32,696 nt of DNA from the IMG/VR virus record IMGVR_UViG_3300037307_000155, positions 1-32,696 of that record; one strand, given 5' to 3'. A model generated the notes under the pieces. That model was not told the origin of the DNA and searched no databases. It saw only the letters and a program-made list of their open reading frames with translations. How positions within the stretch are numbered: the first letter of the stretch is position 1; each line of letters opens with the position of its first letter. This stretch comes from a virus. Lineage: Duplodnaviria > Caudoviricetes. A program made the position numbers and the translations under genes. Below are positions 9,079 through 17,762 of the stretch, piece after piece.

Positions 9079-9975
9079 CTACTCCTGTGCGCCCTTCGCG
9101 TACCGGGTGCCGACCAGCGCGTTCTTCGCATGGCCGACGAGGTTGAGGTGCCACCGGCCGCCGCGGCCGGCCTCACCAGTCTCCCAGTGAACGTGGGTCA
9201 CGAGGAAGCTCGAGCGCCACGGGGTGATGGTGAAGTCCTGGTACGCCGTGTTGTCCTCCGGCTTGCCGTTGTGCCGGGCGCGCTGGAATCGCACGCGCAG
9301 GCTGGCCGTCTGGAAGTAGTACATCGGGTCGGACTTGGGCAGCGCCCACTCGATGTTGCCGACGTTCAGGTACACCAGCCGGTCCTCGCGCTTGCCTCCC
9401 CGTGAGGGGCCGGCGACGTGCGCGTCGAGGGTGACGTACCTGCCGTCGCCCTTCAGCCGGATGTTCCCCGAGGGCTTGCCGCTGTACCCGAGTGTCGTCA
9501 CGTCAGCCTCCTGAGCTGCGGTCTTGAGGTACTTCTCCCATGTCTGGTTCACGTACTGCCGGGGGCCATCGTCACGCGCCCCGGAGGCCAAGCCGTTCCG
9601 GCCGTCGTAGTAGTTCTTCACCTGGTTCCATGCACCCGTGGACAGGACGCCCTTGTCGTTCCTACCGCCGGGCTGCACCGCGATGCCGTGGACGTGCCGC
9701 GGCCAGTTCGACTGCTGCGGCGTCCGGTGCCATGCGGCGAACCCGACCTTCCGCATCAGCGCGACCACCTTGTTGTAGTCGGACACCGACCACGACGGGT
9801 GCATCAGGTCGACGGCCCCGCCACCGTTGTGCGTGCCGGCCGAGGCTGCGACGCCGCCGGAGTAGGAGCCCTGCGTCGGGTTGATGTAGATCGGCCCGGA
9901 CAGCTTGGCGACCTCGGCGAGCATCCTGGCGGTGCGGTCATCGAAGACCCTGCCGCGCCAGGTGACCCTGCTCAT
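9079..9975 (-). CDS. Endolysin with an M15-like Zn-peptidase N-terminal domain and an unknown C-terminal domain (298 aa)
   Basis: SAGTHNGGGAVD (H-x6-D) and WPRHVH motifs typical of M15-type peptidoglycan peptidases; next to a holin-like gene. Confidence 0.8.
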   Translation of the reverse strand: MSRVTWRGRVFDDRTARMLAEVAKLSGPIYINPTQGSYSGGVAASAGTHNGGGAVDLMHPSWSVSDYNKVVALMRKVGFAAWHRTPQQSNWPRHVHGIAVQPGGRNDKGVLSTGAWNQVKNYYDGRNGLASGARDDGPRQYVNQTWEKYLKTAAQEADVTTLGYSGKPSGNIRLKGDGRYVTLDAHVAGPSRGGKREDRLVYLNVGNIEWALPKSDPMYYFQTASLRVRFQRARHNGKPEDNTAYQDFTITPWRSSFLVTHVHWETGEAGRGGRWHLNLVGHAKNALVGTRYAKGAQE

Positions 9976-10091
9976 GCCTCACCTCGCTCCACGCAGGCCG
10001 CCCACCTCTCGAAGATCCAGACGGCCGGGGTCAGCATCAGGATCAGCACGCTGGCGAGCGCCTTGTTCATCAGGTGATCAGGAGTGCGCAT
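9972..10091 (-). CDS. 39-aa single-TM peptide in the lysis cassette (MRTPDHLMNKALASVLILMLTPAVWIFERWAACVERGEA); not in the ORF track
   Basis: GAGGAGG RBS 9 nt before the ATG at 10091; its TGA overlaps the lysin start (ATGA); it fills the holin-lysin gap exactly. Confidence 0.65.
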   Translation of the reverse strand: MRTPDHLMNKALASVLILMLTPAVWIFERWAACVERGEA

Positions 10092-10581
10092 CGTCGCGCC
10101 CCTCCTCGTCGGAAAGGATCTCGGCCTCGGTCGCAGCCTCGAAGTCGTCGTCGAGCGTGGGCTCCACCCCGTCGCTCTCGTCGAGCTCGTCCTCGGGCCG
10201 AGGGACCTCCTCGGGCCGAGGGACCTCCTCGATCTCTACGGCAGCGTCGATAGGGGGGACGAACTCCAACACCTGCGCCTTCTGCGTTGGAGTGGTGTTG
10301 CGCTCTCCCCACACGGTCGTGACTGCCCCGGTCAGGCCGCCCAGTCCCATGCCGGCCAGCGTCGCCAGCTCGGTGCTCTGCTCCCCGGTGGTCTGGGTGA
10401 AGATGAACCCGATGATCGACACCATCGTCAGGATGCTCAGGGCGATGACCAGCGCGACGCTGGGCCGCAGGCTGCCGGCCTTCAGCAGCCCGTGGACCAG
10501 CAGCCAGAAGATCAGGCTGACGACAACCGCGAGCCCGAATAAGGCCACCAGCTCGAGCAGGGTGATGATCTCATTGGTCAT
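10078..10581 (-). CDS. Holin-like membrane protein (167 aa; about 3 TM segments, very acidic C-terminal tail)
   Basis: Three hydrophobic segments in the first ~90 aa; lies upstream of the endolysin; GGGAGG RBS. Confidence 0.65.
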   Translation of the reverse strand: MTNEIITLLELVALFGLAVVVSLIFWLLVHGLLKAGSLRPSVALVIALSILTMVSIIGFIFTQTTGEQSTELATLAGMGLGGLTGAVTTVWGERNTTPTQKAQVLEFVPPIDAAVEIEEVPRPEEVPRPEDELDESDGVEPTLDDDFEAATEAEILSDEEGRDDAHS

Positions 10582-10822
10582 GGTCTGATCCTCCCACCGT
10601 CTCCGGCTCCCTGACTACCTCGATGGTGCAGTCCTCCTTGGAGAAGATGAAGGTCATCGTGCCCTCCGCACCATCCCAGAAGTGGACGTACTGGCCAGCC
10701 CAGTTGACGACGAGGTCGTCCCTGGACTCGAACTGGTACTTGGCGACCTCGACCTCGAGCACCGAGTCGTCGTTGGCCCAGTGGCATCTGACTCGCTGGC
10801 CTGCCTTGAACGGTCCTTCCAT
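10571..10822 (-). CDS. Hypothetical protein (83 aa, MEGPFKAGQRVR...)
   Basis: Start moved to the ATG at 10822, behind a GGAGAGG RBS and right after the stop of the upstream collagen gene. Confidence 0.65.
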   Translation of the reverse strand: MEGPFKAGQRVRCHWANDDSVLEVEVAKYQFESRDDLVVNWAGQYVHFWDGAEGTMTFIFSKEDCTIEVVREPETVGGSDHDQ

Positions 10823-10824
10823 GT

Positions 10825-11303
10825 CTACCTCTCCCCGACTGCGAACCAGTCGATGCTCGTTGTGGTGGTGTTGGTCCTGTAGATCACGACGTCGAAGGCG
10901 TCTGCGGCCACGTTGTTCACGGCGACGTTCTTCACAGTAGTGCCGATCACCGAGGACCTGGCGGAGACGACGACCGTGGGGGTCCACTTGAACGGAGCCG
11001 AGTACCAGACCCGCATCGCCGTGTTCGTGTTGGCGGTCGGGTTGATCGAGGCGGTCCCGACTCGGATCTGCCAGTAGTGGTGGTTGCCCGTGGCCCCCAT
11101 CGGCCCGGTGTCGCCCGGGGGACCTGTGGCACCCTTGCCACCAGTGGCGCCCGTGGCACCCTTGGCGCCGGTGTCCCCTGTCGGTCCCTTGTCGCCGGTG
11201 GCACCCTTGGCGCCCTTGTCTCCGGTCGGCCCCTTGTCGCCGGTCGGGCCGGGCAGACCGATCTGGGTCCAGACGCCGTCGATCTTCGCCTTGAGGACAG
11301 CCA

Positions 11304-11304
<1 letters not shown>
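10825..11304 (-). CDS. Collagen-like fibre protein C (159 aa): 20 Gly-X-Y triplets plus an H-type-lectin-like C-terminal domain
   Basis: ATG at 11304 overlaps the upstream TGA; uninterrupted triplets GLP...GNH; C-terminal F..TPTVVVS...WFAVG. Confidence 0.8.
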
Positions 11305-11815
<511 letters not shown>

Positions 11816-11819
<4 letters not shown>

Positions 11820-12304
11820 GAGGACGGCCACCCCACTCCCACCGCGATCCACTGCACGTAGGTGGTGGTCGTGTTGGAGCGCCGGACGTTCACGGCCGAC
11901 CCGGTCGTGCTCGGACCCGCGTACACACCGCAGTCCGTGACGGTGCCGGGCACCGAGGTACGTGCTGCAGCGAAGATCGTCGGAGCACTGGTGAACCCGG
12001 AGTAGCTGATACCCACCCCGGTCGAGGTGTTCGCCACCGGGGTGAGCCCGACCTCCCCAATCCTGAACGTGACGCCAGGGGGAGCACCGCCGTAACCCTG
12101 CGGACCCTGACCGCCTGTGTAGCCCTGTGGCCCGGTGGCCCCGGTGTCACCCGTGGCACCCGTGGCACCCGTGTACCCGGTCGGTCCCTTGTCGCCGGTA
12201 GCACCCTTGGCCCCGGGATCCCCGGTCGGCCCCTTGGCCCCGGTCGGTCCCTTCGCGCCGACCAGTGGGATCAGCGTCCCGTCGGCCAGCTTGAGCGTGG
12301 CCAT
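11816..12304 (-). CDS. Collagen-like fibre protein A (162 aa): 20 Gly-X-Y triplets plus an H-type-lectin-like C-terminal domain
   Basis: TGATG coupling at 12304; triplets GAK...GAP; the C-terminal domain is clearly paralogous to that of 10825-11304. Confidence 0.8.
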
Positions 12305-13068
12305 CAGTAGTCACTGCCCGTGTCGATCCAGAGCAGGACGTTCGGATCCGTGGGCTGCGTAAGCCCGACCTCGACCTGGCGGTACAACGGGTGCGGGTTG
12401 GGGTCGATCAGGTGGGCTGCCATCTGGTTGTCGGAGTAGGTCTTCGCGTTCGACTCAGCAGTGCCGGCAGCCCCGGCTGCGTCGTAGCGGGCGTCCCCAC
12501 GCGCGTTGTTCAGGTACTGCGGATGGTCGTCATCCCCCAGCCCGGTCAGGTCGCCGTGGTCCAACACCCCGCCACCACCGACGCCGGGAATCCCGGTGTG
12601 GTCGATCAGCGCATGACCTGCAACGGTCAGCTCTCCGGGGTCTCCCTTCTCACCTTGGATCCCTTGGATCCCTTGGATCCCTTGGATCCCTTGGATGCCC
12701 TGCGGCCCCTCCGGTCCCTCCGGCCCAATGGGACCGGGGACAGTCGAGTCTGCTCCGGGATCTCCCTTGTCACCCTTCAGGCCCTGCGGTCCCTCTGGCC
12801 CAATGGGACCGGGGACAGTCGAGTCTGCTCCGGTGTCGCCCTTGTCACCCTTGTCGCCCTTGTCGCCCTTCGGCCCCTGGATCCCTTGGAGGCCGGGCGG
12901 CCCCTCCGGTCCCTCCGGTCCCGGCTCCCCACGGGGTCCGGCCGGCCCGATGCTCGGCTCGATCTTGACCGGGCCGGGCAGGGCGAACGTCAGCTCATGG
13001 ATCGTCGGCAGCTCGACGCGGACCTCTGCCGCTGCAGGTGGGGCAACCCTGATCTCGAGATCGGTCAT
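12304..13068 (-). CDS. Collagen-like tail fibre shaft (254 aa) with HPQY motifs and a C-terminal LWIDT motif
   Basis: Pro-rich Gly-X-Y tract with a duplicated [15 protein letters not shown] block; DDDHPQYL and DPNPHPLY motifs; ends in [16 protein letters not shown]. Confidence 0.8.
   Translation of the reverse strand: MTDLEIRVAPPAAAEVRVELPTIHELTFALPGPVKIEPSIGPAGPRGEPGPEGPEGPPGLQGIQGPKGDKGDKGDKGDTGADSTVPGPIGPEGPQGLKGDKGDPGADSTVPGPIGPEGPEGPQGIQGIQGIQGIQGIQGEKGDPGELTVAGHALIDHTGIPGVGGGGVLDHGDLTGLGDDDHPQYLNNARGDARYDAAGAAGTAESNAKTYSDNQMAAHLIDPNPHPLYRQVEVGLTQPTDPNVLLWIDTGSDY
12653..12696. repeat. 9-bp tandem repeat (c)ccttggat x5, encoding (GIQ)n
   Basis: Directly visible. Confidence 0.9.
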
Positions 13069-13418
13069 GGCGAGATCCGGGTGACATCGGGATGCAGCCG
13101 GATCTCCCCATACGCGATCGTGGTCACGGGATCAGAGCCGTCTGCCTCTGCGAGCTGGACGTCCCACATGCCGGTGTACGGCCCACGCCGTGCCAGCTCG
13201 AGGCTGTCCGTGGAGTAGAGCACGAGGTCCACGCCCTCGGCCGTGGGGATGATGCCGAACTCCGCGTCGATCCTCGGCACCGCTGCCTTCGTGCGAACCT
13301 GCGCCTTCCACGTCCTGCCGGCCACGACGGCGGAATCGATGATGACATGGATCGTCAACGTGTCGCCCGCATAGTGGTCGATGTTGACCTCTTGCGGAAG
13401 CGTGTTGATGTCCGTCAC
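13065..13418 (-). CDS. Small beta-rich fibre-base protein, BppU-N/Ig-like (117 aa)
   Basis: Pattern YAGDT...WKAQVR...WDVQL...YGEIRL.PDVTR; overlaps both neighbours by 4 nt. Confidence 0.6.
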   Translation of the reverse strand: MTDINTLPQEVNIDHYAGDTLTIHVIIDSAVVAGRTWKAQVRTKAAVPRIDAEFGIIPTAEGVDLVLYSTDSLELARRGPYTGMWDVQLAEADGSDPVTTIAYGEIRLHPDVTRISP

Positions 13419-14119
13419 GGGGTCACCTCGTCGTCGACGATCAGGTAAAGAATGTGGCGCTTGTGCGCGATCGTGTCAAACTCCGCCTGCGTTCCTTTCC
13501 AGAACGGGTAGCCGGCGTTGTCCAGCCAGTCCTTCATCCGGTCGGCGTAGACGTTGGAGAGGCTGGCGCCCGCCTCAGCACGATCAGCAGCCGCGTTGGC
13601 CTTGGCGATCTCGGCAGCCACCGTGTCCACGAAGTCCTTGATGAGGCTGGTGACCACGAGGTACAGGCCGTCCAGCCGCTCCATCGTGATCTCGACGAGG
13701 TCGTTCTCACGCATGATCGCGGTGACGTCGCTGCCCACGTTCACCGAGTTGTAGACGTTGGACGAGTCGAGGTCGGCGTTGACGCCCACCTCGATGTTGC
13801 CCTTGAGCAGCGGGGTGGAGTACCCGCTGGGCGGCAGGAACGTCACGTCGTAGGAGTACGTGCCGGGATCCAGCGCCAGGTCCTCGGCCTGGAACTGGAA
13901 CTGGACGAAGCCAGCCACATCCGTGACATGGACGGCGACCATGTCCAGCACCTCGAGCCCACCACCCTGGGCACCCTGCGTCGCCACGAGACGGATGACG
14001 CAGTCCGTGATGTCGATCGGACGGTTCTCGACATCCTTCAGGTGGATGCCGAAGGCGTAGGACTTGTTGGCCTCGACCGCGATGTTCGTCTCACGGCGAG
14101 GAGTGTTGCCAAGGCTCAT
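13415..14119 (-). CDS. Fibre-base protein: BppU-N-like domain, helical stalk and C-terminal WxGTQAEFD...LYLI motif (234 aa)
   Basis: Pattern PIDIT...GFVQF...L.PGTYSYDV...LLKGNIEV; GGGAGG RBS. Confidence 0.65.
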   Translation of the reverse strand: MSLGNTPRRETNIAVEANKSYAFGIHLKDVENRPIDITDCVIRLVATQGAQGGGLEVLDMVAVHVTDVAGFVQFQFQAEDLALDPGTYSYDVTFLPPSGYSTPLLKGNIEVGVNADLDSSNVYNSVNVGSDVTAIMRENDLVEITMERLDGLYLVVTSLIKDFVDTVAAEIAKANAAADRAEAGASLSNVYADRMKDWLDNAGYPFWKGTQAEFDTIAHKRHILYLIVDDEVTP

Positions 14120-14134
14120 GGCCCAATCCTCCCT

Positions 14135-14171
14135 GTGAGGGGCGGGAGCTGCATCGACTCCCGCCCCTCAC
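14135..14171 (-). terminator. 14-bp perfect GC-rich hairpin after the capsid gene pair; partial terminator or mRNA stabiliser
   Basis: GTGAGGGGCGGGAG (14135-14148), 9-nt loop, CTCCCGCCCCTCAC (14158-14171); intergenic; no U-tract. Confidence 0.65.
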
Positions 14172-14177
14172 GAGACG

Positions 14178-14366
14178 TCAGCCCTGCTCGGGCGGGGGCT
14201 GCTTGCCCTCGGCCATCTCCTCCTTGGGAGGAGCCTCGCGGCCACCGCCGCCGCCACCGCCGGGCTCGCCCTCTGCGGGCGCACCCTCCGCAGCGCCCTG
14301 CAGCGCCTCGATGGCGACACCGGCCAACTCCTGGATCTGCTTCAGCAGCTCGATCAACTGCTCCAT
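14178..14366 (-). CDS. Small acidic protein (62 aa) directly after the capsid gene
   Basis: Strong GAGGAGGT RBS; amphipathic N-terminal helix followed by a disordered Gly/Pro/Glu tail. Confidence 0.75.
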   Translation of the reverse strand: MEQLIELLKQIQELAGVAIEALQGAAEGAPAEGEPGGGGGGGREAPPKEEMAEGKQPPPEQG

Positions 14367-14380
14367 GATCTGCTACCTCC

Positions 14381-15742
14381 TCAGGCCCAGGTCGCCAGGT
14401 CGCCGGCCTCCTGCACAGGCAGGTTGCCGTCGAGGAGCCCACCGCTGGTGTACGGCGAGTGGAACCACGTGGGCCGGGACTTGAGCGTGTCGACACCAGA
14501 CAGCGGGTAGGTGACCGGCGAGACGGACAGCTGGGCGCGGGCCGCAGCGACCTGATCGGCGACGAACTGGAAGGAGTCGTCGACGACCTGCAGGTTGGTG
14601 ACCGAGGCGGGGAGGAACAACGGGACCACTCCCTCCGAGAGCTGGTCGATGACCCAGCAGTCGTACGAGAAGTCCTGCACGTACTCGGTCCCCTTGAACC
14701 GGGTGCCGCCGTCCTGCTGGCGCTTCTGCGAGAAGTACTCGTACGTCTGGATCGCGTTCTTGTACGCGGCCAGGGCGACGACCTGACGCAGGGTGCGCGA
14801 GCCGGTGCCGGAGTTGGCGACCGGGTCGACCACCAGGTTGGCGTCCGTGTACACCTTCGGCAGGAACTCGGGGTGGATCTTGACCAGCTTCCACGACCCC
14901 TTCAGGGTGCCGAGGTAGCCGGCCGCGTTCGCGCCCGAGATGTCACCGTCGCGGTACAGCTTGAACGCCGACTCGGTGCCGGCACCCTTGTCGATGAGCG
15001 CGTTGATGAACACGAGCTCGAGGGCGCTGGTGATGAGCAGGAAGCGCTCGCTGTTGCCGAAGTTGCTGTCGAACCAGTTGTCCGAGAACAGCAGGGTGAG
15101 GGCGTCGAGCGTGCTCAGCGGATCCGTGTCGTCGAGGTACATGCCGGTGATCGTGGCGAACGACGGCTGGATCTGGTTGTCGTAGTCCTCGCCCGGCTCC
15201 GCGATCCAGCGGTAGTCGGCGGCGTTGCCGGTGCAGGCGATGCGGTCGGCGTCATCCGTCTCCGGGGGCGGGACGTCGGTGCTGAGCCGCGGCACCAGCT
15301 TGCCGGTCATGTGGCCCATGACGGCGGCGAGGAGGCAGTACTTGTCGTGGTCGCGGAGCACCGTGGTCTGCATCTTGCGGCCGGTGTACTCCTGCACGAT
15401 GTTCTTGATCGGCGAGTACTGGAGCTGCTCGTCGAACACCGTGAAGCCGAAAGCGCGATGCCGGCTCATGGAGTACGTGCGCCACTCGATCGGAGGGATG
15501 CCGTTCTTCCACTCGGACGTGTACTCGGATCCCGAGTAGTGGTCCGCGCCGATGCGGCTGATGTCCGCGTCCACGATGTAGTCGTCGACCCGGATGTCCG
15601 GCACGCGGATGCTGCGGGCGTTGGGGTTGGGCTTGATCTCGTTGCCTGTGAACATCCCAGCCACGGGGCTGGTGATGCGAAGGTACGTGGCCAGAGCGAC
15701 CTGGTAGTCGGTCAGGCTGTCCTTCTGGACTGGTGCGACCAT
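14381..15742 (-). CDS. Major capsid protein, probable HK97 fold (453 aa)
   Basis: Follows the portal; AGGAGG RBS; strongly GC3-biased codons; capsid-like patterns (SIRVPDI..DY, TYSMSRHRAFGFTVFD, DHDKY, RFLLIT); followed by a hairpin. Confidence 0.75.
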   Translation of the reverse strand: MVAPVQKDSLTDYQVALATYLRITSPVAGMFTGNEIKPNPNARSIRVPDIRVDDYIVDADISRIGADHYSGSEYTSEWKNGIPPIEWRTYSMSRHRAFGFTVFDEQLQYSPIKNIVQEYTGRKMQTTVLRDHDKYCLLAAVMGHMTGKLVPRLSTDVPPPETDDADRIACTGNAADYRWIAEPGEDYDNQIQPSFATITGMYLDDTDPLSTLDALTLLFSDNWFDSNFGNSERFLLITSALELVFINALIDKGAGTESAFKLYRDGDISGANAAGYLGTLKGSWKLVKIHPEFLPKVYTDANLVVDPVANSGTGSRTLRQVVALAAYKNAIQTYEYFSQKRQQDGGTRFKGTEYVQDFSYDCWVIDQLSEGVVPLFLPASVTNLQVVDDSFQFVADQVAAARAQLSVSPVTYPLSGVDTLKSRPTWFHSPYTSGGLLDGNLPVQEAGDLATWA

Positions 15743-15776
15743 GTCGCATCCTCCTGTCGTTGCGGTTGCCTGATCC

Positions 15777-17762
15777 TCAGGCGCTGGCGGGCATCACGTT
15801 AGTAGGCTCTTGTGGGCCTGTCGACATACCTCCTTCGTTGTACGGTCCCTCAGCACCGGAAGAAGGCTCCACGGCACCTAGAGCTTGCAAGATGCTCTGC
15901 TGCGTCTCCCTGAGAAGGGCGATCTGCTCCTGCATCTGGCGCAGCGCGTTCTCGTTCATGAGCATCGCATCGTTCATGTTCGACGCCACATCGTTGATGG
16001 TGTCCTCGACAGTGCCGATGCGGGCGTCCCGCTCGTCCACAGCCTGCTGGTCGCCCTTGAACACGAGGCCGAGGTCCTTCGCCGAGGTCGAGCCCGACAG
16101 CTCGATCTGCTTGCCGATGATGTACTGCATCGCCTTCGCGGCCTGCGCGAGCATCTGCTGGTCCTGTGCAGCAGCCAGCGCCGGCATCGCCTGCGACAGC
16201 GGGACGAACAGCTCGTTCAGGATCCGCAGCTGCTTCTCGTCCTCCATCTCCACCAGCGAGCCGGGGACCACACGGACCCAGTACTCGATGGCGAGGTTGG
16301 CGAAGTCGATGTCGAGCGTGCCGTCCGGGTTCAGCACCTCGACCGGGAGGCCGGCCTTGAGCAGCTTGAGCCGGGCATCAGCGGTGGGCGTGACGCGCCT
16401 GACTGCCTTCAGCTCCTGGAAGTACATGGTCAGGGCGTACGAGCAGTAGTGGCTGAAGAAGGACTCGATCGCCTTCTGGTAGTTGTTCGTGGTGATGTCC
16501 ACCATCTGCTGCTGGGCCTCGACACCCTGCGGCGTGGCGGAGAATCCGTTGCCTGCCTGCGTCGCCATCTGCTGGTCGGCCGCCCCGATGAGGCTGACCA
16601 TCGAGCCGAGGTTCTGCTCGCTGATCGCACCGAACTGCATGAGCGTCTGGGTGTTCACCTCGAACGGCTCGATGCGGGCGTTCGGGTTGCCGATCTGCGT
16701 GTACTTGCCGGGGCTCAGGTTCGGGATCGCGTTGGTCGTGCCGAAGCCGATGATGCTCGGGTTGATGTTCCGGTACCAGAGCTTCATCGCCCCGTTGAGC
16801 ATCAGGTCCTGGAAGTCCTGCCGGCCGATCAGCAGCTCGACCTGCGACTTGCCGAGCGGCTGCTGGCTGTCCTTCTCGAGCACGAGGAAGTGGACCGGGT
16901 GCTGCTTGAGCGGGTGCTTGTTCTGCTCGATGCGCAGCAGGTGCTTGGTGTACGGGGAGAAGGTGAGGAACGGAACGCCGGTCGAGGAGTACCAGGTGAT
17001 GATCTCGTAGCCCTCGGGGACGATGCCGAACTTGTTGGTCTGGTAGTCGACCGACTCGTGGCTACGACCATAGGGCGCGGACTTCAGCAGCGACTTCAGT
17101 GCAGCGGGATCCCAGCCGGTGACGTTGCCGCGGATCAGGGCATGGACATCGCCCTTGGTCAGGTACCGGCGCACGAACACCTCGGTGGCCTGCCGCACGT
17201 CACGGGCGCCGGGCTCGGGGAAGACGTCCCGGTAGTGGATCGAGTCGTACTTCATGTACCAGCCACCGGCTGCGTCCTGCAGCAGCACGGGGATCACCAC
17301 GTCGAAGCCGAGCGTGAGCGCGGTCTTCGTCGAGGCGAACAGGTTCTGCTGCATGTCGTTGCTGTAGTTGTCGGTGCCGATGATCTTCGTGGTGAGGATG
17401 TGCTTGCTGAAGATCCCCATCGTCGAGTCGTCGTCGAACTTGGACAGCACCTCGACATTGGGGCAGTTTTGCACAAGATTGCGGGCGATCCGCCGGATCA
17501 GCCCAGCCGTCTCCCCGGAGGAGATGTTGGGCAGGTCGGGCTTCGGGGTGATGACTGAGCCGTCGGCCAGCTTCTCCAGCTTGTAGTAGTTGGCCACGCG
17601 CTTGTCCATCTCGGACTTGTACTGCTGGTACTGCTGGTACATGTGATGTCCGAATGGCGCAATGTTTCGGACATCGAGCGTGCCGTCCCTCGAGTCGATG
17701 CGGTACTCCCCGTACCAGTCCTCGAAGGAGCGGATCGGGCTCTCGTCCATCATCACTGCCAC
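15777..17762 (-). CDS. Portal protein (661 aa) with a C-terminal coiled coil
   Basis: Size, position before the capsid gene and podovirus-portal-like patterns (DVFPEPGA, KHPLKQHPV, PLGKSQVE.L...Q, SATPQGV); GGGAGG RBS before the GTG. An alternative ATG at 17753 is possible. Confidence 0.75.
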   Translation of the reverse strand: MAVMMDESPIRSFEDWYGEYRIDSRDGTLDVRNIAPFGHHMYQQYQQYKSEMDKRVANYYKLEKLADGSVITPKPDLPNISSGETAGLIRRIARNLVQNCPNVEVLSKFDDDSTMGIFSKHILTTKIIGTDNYSNDMQQNLFASTKTALTLGFDVVIPVLLQDAAGGWYMKYDSIHYRDVFPEPGARDVRQATEVFVRRYLTKGDVHALIRGNVTGWDPAALKSLLKSAPYGRSHESVDYQTNKFGIVPEGYEIITWYSSTGVPFLTFSPYTKHLLRIEQNKHPLKQHPVHFLVLEKDSQQPLGKSQVELLIGRQDFQDLMLNGAMKLWYRNINPSIIGFGTTNAIPNLSPGKYTQIGNPNARIEPFEVNTQTLMQFGAISEQNLGSMVSLIGAADQQMATQAGNGFSATPQGVEAQQQMVDITTNNYQKAIESFFSHYCSYALTMYFQELKAVRRVTPTADARLKLLKAGLPVEVLNPDGTLDIDFANLAIEYWVRVVPGSLVEMEDEKQLRILNELFVPLSQAMPALAAAQDQQMLAQAAKAMQYIIGKQIELSGSTSAKDLGLVFKGDQQAVDERDARIGTVEDTINDVASNMNDAMLMNENALRQMQEQIALLRETQQSILQALGAVEPSSGAEGPYNEGGMSTGPQEPTNVMPASA

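Noticed and set aside
14116-14496. 126-aa minus-strand ORF as a frameshifted capsid extension
   Set aside because: No clear slippery site; it runs through the hairpin; the overlapping 62-aa ORF has a much better RBS and composition.
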